10,709 nt of DNA from a bacterium (lineage in GTDB: Bacteria > Electryoneota > Electryoneia > Electryoneales > Electryoneaceae): assembly GCA_043801585.1 (NCBI GenBank), contig JAZDLX010000222.1:1-10709 (forward strand), given 5' to 3'. A program made the translations under genes and the position numbers. Numbering within the stretch: position 1 is the stretch's first letter; every line of letters starts with the position of its first letter. The notes under the pieces were generated by a model that saw nothing but the letters and a program-made list of their open reading frames with translations, was not told where the DNA came from and ran no database searches. Shown here piece by piece: positions 1 through 8,560 of the stretch.

Positions 1-481
1 CGAGCCAATTGCCGAAGGATTGCGTTGAAAGGCCGTAACCGTGCGGGCGGAGAAATTCCGCATAAATGTCCAGCGGCAGGGAAATCAAGCTGATGATCAC
101 CGAGATCATGACGAAGTAGATGGCGAACGCGAACCACCAACGCTTGCCAACCCGTTTCGCGAACACGCCCAGTTTGCCGGACCAGCCGAGGAACAGGATC
201 AGCACTGGGATCGCCACGGCGACCACAATCGAGATTCCCCAGAGCACGTTCCCGCTACGGTAGTAACGCATCGCCTTGGCGGAGGGTTCGGGGACGGTCA
301 CCGGAAGCGTTTCCACATCCTGAACCTCCTCCACGTCCATCTCGGTGGCGCTGGAGAGTTCGCCAGCGGTTTCAGTTTCACGGTCTTCCGGTTGAGCGAT
401 TGCTGGTATGGCGGCGGCGATGAGCAGCGCGCCGAGCAGCAGAATCATCAGGAGAGACAGAGAGTTACGTTTCAGGGACAT
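1..481 (-). CDS. M48 family (Ste24/CAAX prenyl protease-like) metallopeptidase, 5' part; runs off the left window edge
   Basis: Manual translation from ATG at 481: MSLKRNSLSLLMILLLGALLIAAAIPAIAQPEDRETE...PEPSAKAMRYYRSGNVLWGISIVV...LISLPLDIYAEFLRPHGYGLSTQSFGNWL. It has a signal peptide, an acidic linker, TM helices and the LPxxxYxxFxxxHxYGLSxQSFxxW pattern typical of the Peptidase_M48_N region. GGAGA SD upstream. The HEXXH motif would lie outside the window. Confidence 0.8.
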   Translation of the reverse strand, partial: MSLKRNSLSLLMILLLGALLIAAAIPAIAQPEDRETETAGELSSATEMDVEEVQDVETLPVTVPEPSAKAMRYYRSGNVLWGISIVVAVAIPVLILFLGWSGKLGVFAKRVGKRWWFAFAIYFVMISVIISLISLPLDIYAEFLRPHGYGLSTQSFGNWL

Positions 482-872
482 GGTTTCTTTCTCCGGCGAT
501 GGGTGAACTGAGTGAAACGTAAGCTCGGGCGGCGGGAACGTCCATGCACAGCCCGGATTATGCGCAAATGCTCGGGAGCGGCGAGAGCCTGTTGTTGTTG
601 GAGAAATGCAGGCTCACGGGTTTGGTTCGAAGGCAGAACTGGTTGTTGTCTGTCGTCTCACGCTGTGCCTTGAGATTCAGCCAGCCTGTTGTTTGGACTC
701 GTCGGGACGACAGTGTGGCACGACCCTGACACTCTGCGATCGGATTTCTTATCCAACGGGACGACGTGTTTTTCTCCAGGTTGTGTTTTCGGGATTGTGG
801 AGCCGGCGACCTATATTTGCGGTGGGGTAATCCCCTCCCAGGAGCCGATAAATTCTTACGAAAGGAACTTCA

Positions 873-2762
873 ATGCGAACGGACAACAGCGCGTGGAGGT
901 ATGGCTCCGTCCTGATCATTCTGTTTTCGCTTTCCTTCACCACGGTTTGGGCCGTTGACCGCCATGACGCCGCCGAACGCTGCACTTGGAATCTTGGCGA
1001 TCTCTATGCCGGCGAAGCAGAGTGGGAAACGGCGCTGAACGAACTGGGTGCGATGGTGGACACCCTCGCGTCCTACAAGGGACGGCTGTCCGAGAGCCCG
1101 GAGGTGCTTGCTGAGTACTTCCGCCTCACGGAGGAGTACCTCGTCAAGCGTGAACGGGTCGGGTCCTACGCTTATCTGGGACAGAGCATCAGTACTCATG
1201 ACCAGAACGTTCTTGCAATGGTGCAAAGGGTTCAGACACACAGCGCCAGGTATTACAGGGAGACGTCATGGGACAACTCTGAGATGCTTGCCATTCCGAA
1301 GGAAACGCTGTTGTCATGGATCGAAAACACCCCATCTCTTCAGCCATATCGGTTTACCCTGCTGCGCCTGATCCGCAACGACGAGCATGTTCTCGATGAA
1401 GAGGGTGAACACCTGATGGCGCTCGCCGGACCGGCGCTCGGTGCTGTTGGGGCAGCGTACGGCCAGCTGACCTCGCAGGACATGGATTTCCCCGAAATCG
1501 TTCTCACCAATGGCGACACAATAACCGCGAACTACGCCAATTTTAATAAAATCGCCGCCACTTCCGTGGCATCGGACCGCGAGGCCATGTTCAAAGGGTA
1601 TTACTGGAGTTTTCGTGAATACCAGAACACCTTTGCGTCACTCTTTCTCGGCATGCTTCGGTCAACCTATTTTCGGGCGCAGGCACGAGACTACCAGTCA
1701 ACCCGCGAAATGCGCTACTTCCCCAACGCAAAACCGGTAGAAATTCAGGATCAATTGCTTGAGATCGCCAGGACCCGGAATGCTCCGCTCAAGCGGTATC
1801 ATGAACTCCGCAAAAAAATACTTGGGCTCGACTCCTATCGATACTGCGACATTGTTGCGCCGCTGGTTGACCGTGGCCTTTCGATCCCCTTCGACTCCGC
1901 GTTCGGAATCCTGATTGACGCCCTCGAACCCTTTGGCGGGGAGTTTGCCGAGAATGCACGCCGCGCCTACAAGGAGCGGTGGGTAGATGCCTACCCGGCG
2001 GACGACAAGTATTTCAACGCCTTTTGCGGAGGCCCCTACGACACCCATCCCTACGTCCTGATCAACTACAGCGACGATCTCGAAAGCCTTTCGACACTTT
2101 CCCACGAAATGGGACACGCTGTCCACGCTGTATTGACCAACGAAACTCAGAATTATTACAACACCTTCGCTGACGCGATCATCAGCGAAACAGCCTCGAC
2201 GATGTTCGAGGAGATTGTGCAAAACGAACTGATGAAACGTGTGAAAACACCCGAGGAACGGATCGCTATCCTTCAGCTTCGCATTGACGAGCTGGCGTCG
2301 CTTTTCTATCGCCAGTCGATCCTCGGTGATTTTGAGTTGAAGGCGCACCGGGCGCAAGCGGAGGGAAAACCGATCACTGCAAACACGTTGAACCAGTTCT
2401 TTGTCGAGTCGTTGACCGATGTTTACGGCAACGTGTTGGACGACCCGGAGTGGGCGGATGTGTTCTGGGCGACGAAGCCGCATTTCTATTCGCCCTACTA
2501 TGTCACCGATTATACCTTCAGCAGGGTGTCAAGTGCGGCGCTCTACAAGCTGATGACCGAGGGGAGTAAAAAGAAGCGTGAACAAGCGCGGCAGCGGTAT
2601 ATCGAGCTGCTGAAATCGGGAGGCTCGGATTATCCCATCGACCAGCTCAAACGGGCGGGCGTTGACCTGACCACCCCCGATCCATACCTGGCCCTGGTTG
2701 CAGAGTTGGACGATCTTGTCACGCAGCTTGAAAAGGAATTGAAAGCGGCGAAGATGCTCTGA
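873..2762 (+). CDS. pepF: Oligoendopeptidase F (M3B zinc peptidase) with N-terminal signal peptide
   Basis: 629 aa. WNLGDLY N-terminal motif, HPYVLINY, zinc motif TLSHEMGH, third ligand in SETAS, PHFYSPYY, and C-terminal LKSGGSDYPIDQLKRAGVDLT. AAGGA SD before the ATG. Hydrophobic N-terminus ending VWA. Confidence 0.92.
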   Translation: MRTDNSAWRYGSVLIILFSLSFTTVWAVDRHDAAERCTWNLGDLYAGEAEWETALNELGAMVDTLASYKGRLSESPEVLAEYFRLTEEYLVKRERVGSYAYLGQSISTHDQNVLAMVQRVQTHSARYYRETSWDNSEMLAIPKETLLSWIENTPSLQPYRFTLLRLIRNDEHVLDEEGEHLMALAGPALGAVGAAYGQLTSQDMDFPEIVLTNGDTITANYANFNKIAATSVASDREAMFKGYYWSFREYQNTFASLFLGMLRSTYFRAQARDYQSTREMRYFPNAKPVEIQDQLLEIARTRNAPLKRYHELRKKILGLDSYRYCDIVAPLVDRGLSIPFDSAFGILIDALEPFGGEFAENARRAYKERWVDAYPADDKYFNAFCGGPYDTHPYVLINYSDDLESLSTLSHEMGHAVHAVLTNETQNYYNTFADAIISETASTMFEEIVQNELMKRVKTPEERIAILQLRIDELASLFYRQSILGDFELKAHRAQAEGKPITANTLNQFFVESLTDVYGNVLDDPEWADVFWATKPHFYSPYYVTDYTFSRVSSAALYKLMTEGSKKKREQARQRYIELLKSGGSDYPIDQLKRAGVDLTTPDPYLALVAELDDLVTQLEKELKAAKML

Positions 2763-2804
2763 ACGGGATCTTCATCCAATTGATTTGTCAGGGAATCCCG
2801 TGAT

Positions 2805-2840
2805 AAAACGGCCCCGTTGGTTCATCCAGCGGGGCCTGTT
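2805..2840. terminator. Probable bidirectional intrinsic terminator between the convergent pepF and permease genes
   Basis: Stem GGCCCCGTTGG (2810-2820), loop TTCAT, stem CCAGCGGGGCC (2826-2836): 11 bp with one G-U. Flanked by AAAAC on the left and TGTTGT on the right. Confidence 0.75.
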
Positions 2841-2889
2841 GTATTATGGCGTACCCTTTTACATCCATACCGGCTTGTTCACTGTGGCA

Positions 2890-5289
2890 TCACTCGCTGT
2901 GCAATACAGACGCCGGGTTCAGCCTCGCCGAGCGTAGCGCGATGGCGCTGATGGTCAGCACGGTGATGATCAGCGCAGCCACTCCCGCCGCCGGGTAGAT
3001 CCACCACGGCATAGCCGCGTGGTATGCGAACTGCCCCAGCCAGCGGTTCATCACATAGTAGGACACCGGCCAGGCGAAGAGGTTTGCCAGGACTACCAGC
3101 AGCAGAAACTCGCGTGAGATCAGGGTCAGTACCTGTCCTTCGGTCGCACCGAGCACCTTGCGTACCGCGATCTCATGTGTGCGTCGTTGCGCGGCGTAGG
3201 CGGCGAGCCCGAGCAGTCCCAGGCAGGCGATGCCGATGGCGATTGCGGCGAAGGTCTGCAGCAACGAGGTGATTCGCAGGACATCACGGTAGTACCGTTC
3301 GTACTGTTGGTTCAGGAAGATGTAGTCGAACGGCAGTTCGGGGAACATCTCTTCCCAGACCTTTTCGACTTCGCCAAGCACCGCCTGTGCAGCATCCGTG
3401 TTGAACCGCACCCCTACAAAGCTTTTGTAATTATAGTAATTGAACAGGATAATTGGACTGATCTCGGAGTACAGGGAATTGTAGTGGAAATCCTCGACGA
3501 CGCCGATGACCGTCCATCGTCTATCCCACATCCGCAGCGAACGGCCGACCGGCTGATCCCAGCCCCATTCGCGCACCGCCGCTTCGTTGATGACGATGAC
3601 CCCCGTGCTGTCCTCTTCTCCGGCCATGTCAGTGGCGATGTCCGCCGAGAAAAACCTTCCCCGGGCGACTCGCAACCCGAGCACGTCGTCGTAGCTGGCG
3701 TCACAGTTGAAGTTGTTTGTCATCCGGGACTTCTCCTCGCCTTCGAGCAGGGCGCCGGATTGGCCTCCACCGATAAACGGCAGGCGGCCGGAAAAGGTAG
3801 CGGCCTTCACGTCGGCGTGGGTCAGCAGACGGTCGCGGAACGTCTCCCAATGGCTATCGAATTCATCATCATGGACCATCAGGCAAAGCACCTGTTCCTT
3901 GTCAAAGCCGAGCGGACGATTGATCATGTAGCGCGCCTGGCGGAAGATGACCCCGGTGCTGATGATCAGTCCGATGCTGACCACAAACTGAAAGACCACG
4001 AGCACCCGGCGCAGTAGAACACCGCCCGTAGCGGTTGATCCTTTCCCCGAACCACGCAGGCTTTTAACCGGAGAAAACGAGCTCATCACGAAGGCCGGAT
4101 AGATCCCGGCGACCACACCGCAGAAGAACATCAGGCCGAGCAGAGACAGTGTGGCGAAAGAACCGTCAAGCACGTTGAGCGGCGTTTCCCGCCCCACCAG
4201 GTTGGAGAACCAGGGTGCCGAGAGCTGTACGATCACTCCTGCGAGCACCATCGCCAGAAATGCGATCAACAGCGATTCGCCAAGAAATTGCACGATCAGG
4301 TCGCCGCGCTTCGCCCCGGACACCTTGCGCAGCCCCACCTCTCGCGAGCGGCGAACGGAGCGGGCGGTGGACAGGTTGATGAAGTTCACGCAGGCGATAA
4401 TCAGGATCAGGCTGGCGATCGCCGCCATGCTCAGCACCACGGAGATGTCTGAGACGCCGGCGTTGTGGCCGTCCAGCTCGATCTTGCCGGAATACAGATG
4501 CATCTCACGGAGCGGCTGTGCCCAGAAAATCAGACCTTCCCAGGAGCCGTGACGGTGGAAGGCTTCCGTGATCTTTTCGCCCAGTTCGTTCAGGTCGATA
4601 TCCGGACGCGAGAGCAGCAGGTAGCATGCGTGGTTGTTGTTGCCCCAGGAGTCCAGGTTCAACCCACTGTACTCCGCTGCCATCGGGAAGGGAATCAGCG
4701 CCTTGATCCGAACGTGAGTCTGCGTGGGCGGATCGGCGAGGATGCCGGTGACAGTGACAAGGTGCTCGTTGTTGAGCATCAGCGTCTGACCCATCGGGTC
4801 TTCGCCTTCGCCGAAATAGCGTTTTGCCATCTCGCGGCCGAGTACGATGCCGTCACGGCGAACCAGCGCGGTTTTCGGATTCCCATGTTCGAGGGTGAAG
4901 CCGAAGATGTCGAAGAAGGTTGAGTCGACGTAGGAAATTCCGCTCTCGTAGAATCTATTTTCACCCCGGCTGATCAGAGCGCTCCACACGTTCATCACCC
5001 GGCATTGCGCCTCCACCTCTGGCAGCTCATCGACCAGCATCGGACCGAGGGGGGGCATGATCCAGGAGACGTCGGTCAGTTCCTTCTCGCCGAAATTCTG
5101 TTTCTCTACCAGCCGAACAACCCGGTCAGCATTCGGGTGGAACCCGTCCCATGTCAGGTCCACGCGGATATAGGCGAACAGGAGCAGCGCGGTCGCGATG
5201 CCGAGCGCCAGTCCGAAGATGTTGAGCAGGGTGTAGCTTTTCTGACGGACAAGGTTTCGGAGTGCGATGGTGATGATATTGCGGAACAT
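2890..5289 (-). CDS. ABC transporter permease, MacB/FtsX family with duplicated MacB_PCD + FtsX domains (799 aa)
   Basis: MFRNIITIALRNL...LNIFGLALG start; IACVNFINLSTARSVRRSREVGLRKVSGA; VLVVFQFVVS; LGFDKEQV; IACLGLLGL...RTHEIAVRKVLGA. Start placed at ATG 5289 (GGGGGA SD) rather than the track's 5358. Confidence 0.93.
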   Translation of the reverse strand: MFRNIITIALRNLVRQKSYTLLNIFGLALGIATALLLFAYIRVDLTWDGFHPNADRVVRLVEKQNFGEKELTDVSWIMPPLGPMLVDELPEVEAQCRVMNVWSALISRGENRFYESGISYVDSTFFDIFGFTLEHGNPKTALVRRDGIVLGREMAKRYFGEGEDPMGQTLMLNNEHLVTVTGILADPPTQTHVRIKALIPFPMAAEYSGLNLDSWGNNNHACYLLLSRPDIDLNELGEKITEAFHRHGSWEGLIFWAQPLREMHLYSGKIELDGHNAGVSDISVVLSMAAIASLILIIACVNFINLSTARSVRRSREVGLRKVSGAKRGDLIVQFLGESLLIAFLAMVLAGVIVQLSAPWFSNLVGRETPLNVLDGSFATLSLLGLMFFCGVVAGIYPAFVMSSFSPVKSLRGSGKGSTATGGVLLRRVLVVFQFVVSIGLIISTGVIFRQARYMINRPLGFDKEQVLCLMVHDDEFDSHWETFRDRLLTHADVKAATFSGRLPFIGGGQSGALLEGEEKSRMTNNFNCDASYDDVLGLRVARGRFFSADIATDMAGEEDSTGVIVINEAAVREWGWDQPVGRSLRMWDRRWTVIGVVEDFHYNSLYSEISPIILFNYYNYKSFVGVRFNTDAAQAVLGEVEKVWEEMFPELPFDYIFLNQQYERYYRDVLRITSLLQTFAAIAIGIACLGLLGLAAYAAQRRTHEIAVRKVLGATEGQVLTLISREFLLLVVLANLFAWPVSYYVMNRWLGQFAYHAAMPWWIYPAAGVAALIITVLTISAIALRSARLNPASVLHSE

Positions 5290-5530
5290 GGATATCCCCC
5301 GGAGAGTTCGTCGGCTCGCGAATGAGACAAATGTAAAGGGGGTAGAGGTTACAGGCACGCTCCGAGTCTCAGGACGTTGGCAGCGAAAGAAGGGGTCGCG
5401 AATGGGCAGTCAGAAACGGTAAGAGCCTGTTATCCATTGAAATAGTCGTCTGGGAGCTTATGGAAAGTGTTTTGTTACGTTAACGAGGGTGACCAGGGAG
5501 TTCAGTCCTGGATTTCATCCGGGAACAGTG

Positions 5531-7252
5531 TTATTCACCCTGCTTCGCCGTGAATTCCCGCATCCGATTCAGTACTGCTGCGAGCTCCAGTCCACGGAAT
5601 TCCACCAGGTCGCCGGTGAAATAGGGATCGAGCAGATCGAGTCCCTCGCTTTCGATCCTCGCCATCATCTGGTTGACAACCTCATGGAGCGTTGTCCGGC
5701 CGTCCATGAATTGCCGTGCGAATTCGATCGCCAGCCCGATCGCTTTGATCTGGGCGGGTTCGAGCAGTTGTTCGACATCTGCAAGATCAACCGTCATTCT
5801 GCCATAGACCAGCGTCCGTACATCGGGAGCGTAAACCCTGTAGTGTCCATGCTGGTTCCGGGGGTCGAGAGTATCGGGAAGCGGGATGCGTGGCTGTGGC
5901 GCCGGAATCCGCTCTCCGCCCTCGTTGATGCGGATTGAGGGAAGCTGTTCGACAATGCGTTTCGCCTCGGCGGTCACATCGCAGGGCACAAATTCCTTCA
6001 TCTGGATCACACGGTCCGCCACATTCAGGTAGTCGCCCGATCCGCCGTGCACGAGAACCGTCGAGATGCCATGTTCGTCGTATAAATGACGTACACGGTC
6101 GATGAACGCAGTGATCGGTTCGTGTTCCTTTCTCACCAGTCGTTGCATGCGCTGGTCGCGAATCAGAAAGTTGGTCGCACATGTGTCCTCGTCCATCAGC
6201 AGCACCCTCGCGCCCGCTTCGATCGCCTCTGAAATGAATGCCGCCTGGGAGGTGCTTCCGCTGGCGTTTTCGCTGGAAAAACTCGAGGTGTCCTGCTGCC
6301 GTGGAATGTTCCGGATGAACGCCGAGATGTCGGTGTTGGTGACGGGCCGCCCGCTGTAGGCACGAACTTTCATCGTCCCGGGAAGCGAAACACATTGCTC
6401 GCGTCCATCGCCGGGGACGTGGTTGTATACGCCCTGCTCGATGGCTTGCAACAGGGTGGATTTGCCGTGATAGCCGCCTCCCACCAGCAGGGTCACTCCC
6501 GTCGGGATTCCCATTCCGCAGACAGTTCCCGCGTTCGGCAGCTCCACGCTGACCTTCAGGGATTCAGGTGAACGGAACACGACAGCCTCTTTTGCTTCGA
6601 GCGGCTTTTCGTCCATTCCGCTCCGCCGAGGCAGAATCGACCCGTCGGCGATGAACGCTACCAGGCCGAGTGCGTCGAGCTGGCGGCGCAGAAAATCGGC
6701 GTCCTCTGCCGCGTGAAGATGCGTGCGGAGTTCACCAATGTCGATGGCATTCGCGAAAAGCGAAGCTTTCACAATGGCCGGGAGTTCATCGAACAGCATC
6801 GTCTCCGCAGTCTCGGAGTCAATGGAACGGCTTTGTGCCGGCAATCCGATAAAGAAACGGGCTTCCACGAATTCGTCGTTCACCGCCATGGAGCTCCTGC
6901 GGAGGATCGCCTGGTCCGGCTGCGACAGCGTGATCACCCCGCTGTAACCAGTGCCGCGACGGTCCTTTGAATACCGCTCGCAATTCGCGTAAAACACCTT
7001 CGCCAGGTAGTTGCACAACGCAATCGTGTGGATCTCTCGTGCAGTCATCTCCACGGGAAAGCCGGACGCTTTTCGGTTCACCCGCGCACGGTAAACGCCA
7101 GTATGGGGAGGTGCATAGGGGTCCTTGGGGATTCGGTCGACGAGGAGGTCAAAGTCGGGATAACGGTACTGGCCGAGCAGTGATTGGTATGCTCCATAAT
7201 CCTTGCCGTCCAGACCTTTCAGTGGCAGCCGAAGTGATTCGATCGGTCTCAT
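5531..7252 (-). CDS. ABC-ATPase domain-containing protein (standalone 'predicted ATPase of the ABC class', MRB1590-like)
   Basis: Walker A GGGYHGKST, GVYNHVPGDGRE, FSSENASGSTSQAA, Walker B LLMDEDTCATNFLIRDQRMQ, N-terminal LDGKDYGAY and DPYAPP, C-terminal ELAAVLNRMR. Start placed at ATG 7252 (GGAGGG SD) rather than the track's TTG/7300. Confidence 0.85.
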   Translation of the reverse strand: MRPIESLRLPLKGLDGKDYGAYQSLLGQYRYPDFDLLVDRIPKDPYAPPHTGVYRARVNRKASGFPVEMTAREIHTIALCNYLAKVFYANCERYSKDRRGTGYSGVITLSQPDQAILRRSSMAVNDEFVEARFFIGLPAQSRSIDSETAETMLFDELPAIVKASLFANAIDIGELRTHLHAAEDADFLRRQLDALGLVAFIADGSILPRRSGMDEKPLEAKEAVVFRSPESLKVSVELPNAGTVCGMGIPTGVTLLVGGGYHGKSTLLQAIEQGVYNHVPGDGREQCVSLPGTMKVRAYSGRPVTNTDISAFIRNIPRQQDTSSFSSENASGSTSQAAFISEAIEAGARVLLMDEDTCATNFLIRDQRMQRLVRKEHEPITAFIDRVRHLYDEHGISTVLVHGGSGDYLNVADRVIQMKEFVPCDVTAEAKRIVEQLPSIRINEGGERIPAPQPRIPLPDTLDPRNQHGHYRVYAPDVRTLVYGRMTVDLADVEQLLEPAQIKAIGLAIEFARQFMDGRTTLHEVVNQMMARIESEGLDLLDPYFTGDLVEFRGLELAAVLNRMREFTAKQGE

Positions 7253-7335
7253 CGTCCCTCCCGTTCCGCTCGGCGGACAGAGAATATTTGGTTCCAGCAA
7301 AGGAGTTGTCCGGGTACAGCGCCAATGTCGATTCC

Positions 7336-7376
7336 AATATACAGGGTTGACACAGCAGAGTCAACTATAGTATATT
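7336..7376. promoter_or_regulatory. Overlapping divergent sigma70-type promoters arranged on a GTTGAC-N8-GTCAAC palindrome
   Basis: Plus strand: TTGACA (7347-7352)-N18-TATATT (7371-7376). Minus strand: TTGACT (7364-7359)-N17-TATATT (7341-7336). Confidence 0.7.
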
Positions 7377-7385
7377 TCGTCTACT

Positions 7386-7751
7386 ATGGTAGATAAACAA
7401 GCAAATCCATTGTCACGGCTTGCCGGGGAATTGAAGGCGGTTCGGAAGCTGAGAGGTGTGAGCCTCGCGGCGGTCGCGGGACCTGCCAAAATCTCGGTGG
7501 CCTATTTGCAGAAACTGGAGAGCGGCGTGGTGAAAAATCCTTCCCCTCGGGTGCTGATGCGGTTGGCAGAGGTGCTGGACTGTTCCTACGAGAGGTTGAT
7601 GGAGCTGGCGGATTACGTTCCGCCCGTCAAATCCTCTTCAAAGGGCAAACCGAGTTTTCTCGAGGCCGCATTGCGCAATGAAGAGCTCACCGACGACGAG
7701 CAACACGCAGTGCTCGCCTTCATCGGCTACCTCAAAGGCTCCCGAAAGTAA
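7386..7751 (+). CDS. XRE-family helix-turn-helix transcriptional regulator (121 aa)
   Basis: LKAVRKLRGVSLAAVAGPAKISVAYLQKLESGVVKNPSPRVLMRLAEVLDCSYERLM matches the HTH_3/XRE pattern, followed by a short C-terminal helical domain (LTDDEQHAVLAFIGYLK). Confidence 0.9.
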   Translation: MVDKQANPLSRLAGELKAVRKLRGVSLAAVAGPAKISVAYLQKLESGVVKNPSPRVLMRLAEVLDCSYERLMELADYVPPVKSSSKGKPSFLEAALRNEELTDDEQHAVLAFIGYLKGSRK

Positions 7752-7754
7752 TAG
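7621..7754 (+). repeat. Direct repeat copy 1 (3' end of XRE gene); partner at 9725-9858
   Basis: Ungapped manual alignment, 117/134 nt identical. Confidence 0.95.
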
Positions 7755-7790
7755 CTGTGCTTCTTAAGTGTCCTAAGGCAAAGAGGTCAT

Positions 7791-7822
7791 AAAAATGCTG
7801 CCCACATTGATTGCCGGGCAGC
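7791..7822 (-). terminator. Probable intrinsic terminator between the convergent XRE gene and 179-aa gene
   Basis: Stem GCTGCCC (7797-7803) / GGGCAGC (7816-7822); reads into ATTTTT on the minus strand. Confidence 0.5.
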
Positions 7823-7847
7823 TTGAACCGAGGCGCTCAATTAAGCT

Positions 7848-8387
7848 TTAATCAATGCCAGTCATAGGCAATGTCTCACTTGCTGCTACAATCAGTTCAC
7901 TTGAAAATGAACTGTACTCGAAAACTGAAAATGAAGTGGTATCCCAGTTACTGATATTGGATACTGTAACTTCACCACCTTGTATTTCGTCGCGAAATAC
8001 GTTCAGATCAAGGATTGACCAACAGTACAGTTTGTTGTCGACTTCGGCGTCTTGAATCCCGTAGAAATAGAAATCCAAAACTCCGCTTATTGCCCGATCA
8101 AGGACGGTAGGTGTTGAATAAGGATGCCTTGATCGCATCGTAAACTCATCGCTATGTGAGATGAATTTACTTCGTCGAACCATACACTGTACCGTGACGG
8201 TACCAAGATGGATTGTGTTGCGAACAGGCTCAGTATATGGAATTACCGTGCTGCTCTGTTCACAACAATGTTGATGTACGAGGGGAACAACCTCTCCCCA
8301 GAAACGTCTGCTAAAATGCATAGTGGAAATCCTTTCTGGGGGCAGCACTCCGGTTATTTCAGGAAAAGAAGGAAGGTTAAACGACAA
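7848..8387 (-). CDS. Hypothetical protein resembling a phage/MGE-encoded family; possible restriction-endonuclease-like fold; start uncertain
   Basis: 179-aa AT-rich ORF with an upstream promoter and downstream terminator. Motif string VRR...DEFTMRSRHP...T...DFYFYG...WSILDLNVFR...NWDTTSF recalls (from memory, not a search) phage hypothetical proteins with R.R...FTIRS...TE..K...D..FYG...DL..FR...N.DGT.F. Confidence 0.6.
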   Translation of the reverse strand: MSFNLPSFPEITGVLPPERISTMHFSRRFWGEVVPLVHQHCCEQSSTVIPYTEPVRNTIHLGTVTVQCMVRRSKFISHSDEFTMRSRHPYSTPTVLDRAISGVLDFYFYGIQDAEVDNKLYCWSILDLNVFRDEIQGGEVTVSNISNWDTTSFSVFEYSSFSSELIVAASETLPMTGID

Positions 8388-8432
8388 ATTGAAAAACTTG
8401 ACTTTTAACTTGATTCCTAATTACCATGAAAC

Positions 8433-8529
8433 GCCGGGGTCTGCTCCCCGGTGAAGACTGCTTTTGCTTTCTTGAGCCTCGGTGTGCTATCACCGGGGCT
8501 CAACTCTTTTGAGCACCTCGGCTCAAAGG
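8433..8529 (-). promoter_or_regulatory. Structured 5' leader with three hairpins upstream of the 179-aa gene
   Basis: Plus-strand coordinates: GCCGGGG/CCCCGGT (8433-8452); TTGAGCCTCGGTG/CACCGGGGCTCAA (8472-8503); TTTGAGC/GCTCAAA (8508-8527). Confidence 0.6.
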
Positions 8530-8531
8530 TG

Positions 8532-8560
8532 AATGTAGACTCCGACTTCTTGGAGGTCAA
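8532..8560 (-). promoter_or_regulatory. Sigma70-type promoter for the structured leader and 179-aa gene
   Basis: Minus strand TTGACC (8560-8555)-N17-TACATT (8537-8532), with AT-rich DNA upstream. Confidence 0.65.

Noticed and set aside
41..511. 156-aa plus-strand ORF in the track
   Set aside because: Antisense shadow of the minus-strand M48 peptidase, which has recognisable motifs, a signal peptide and an SD.
544..1241. Several short overlapping ORFs around the M48-pepF intergenic region
   Set aside because: No recognisable motifs; they overlap each other and pepF.
2890..7252. Permease plus adjacent ABC-type ATPase as one complete transporter
   Set aside because: The ATPase is the standalone ~570-aa family, lacks the LSGGQ signature of MacB/LolD-type transporter ATPases, and is separated from the permease by about 240 bp. 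The permease's partner is probably encoded elsewhere.
1048..7364. Alternative-frame and antisense ORFs inside pepF, the permease and the ATPase (for example 1698-2483, 3175-4017, 5787-6395)
   Set aside because: Expected shadows in GC-rich coding DNA; they lie wholly or mostly within well-supported genes.
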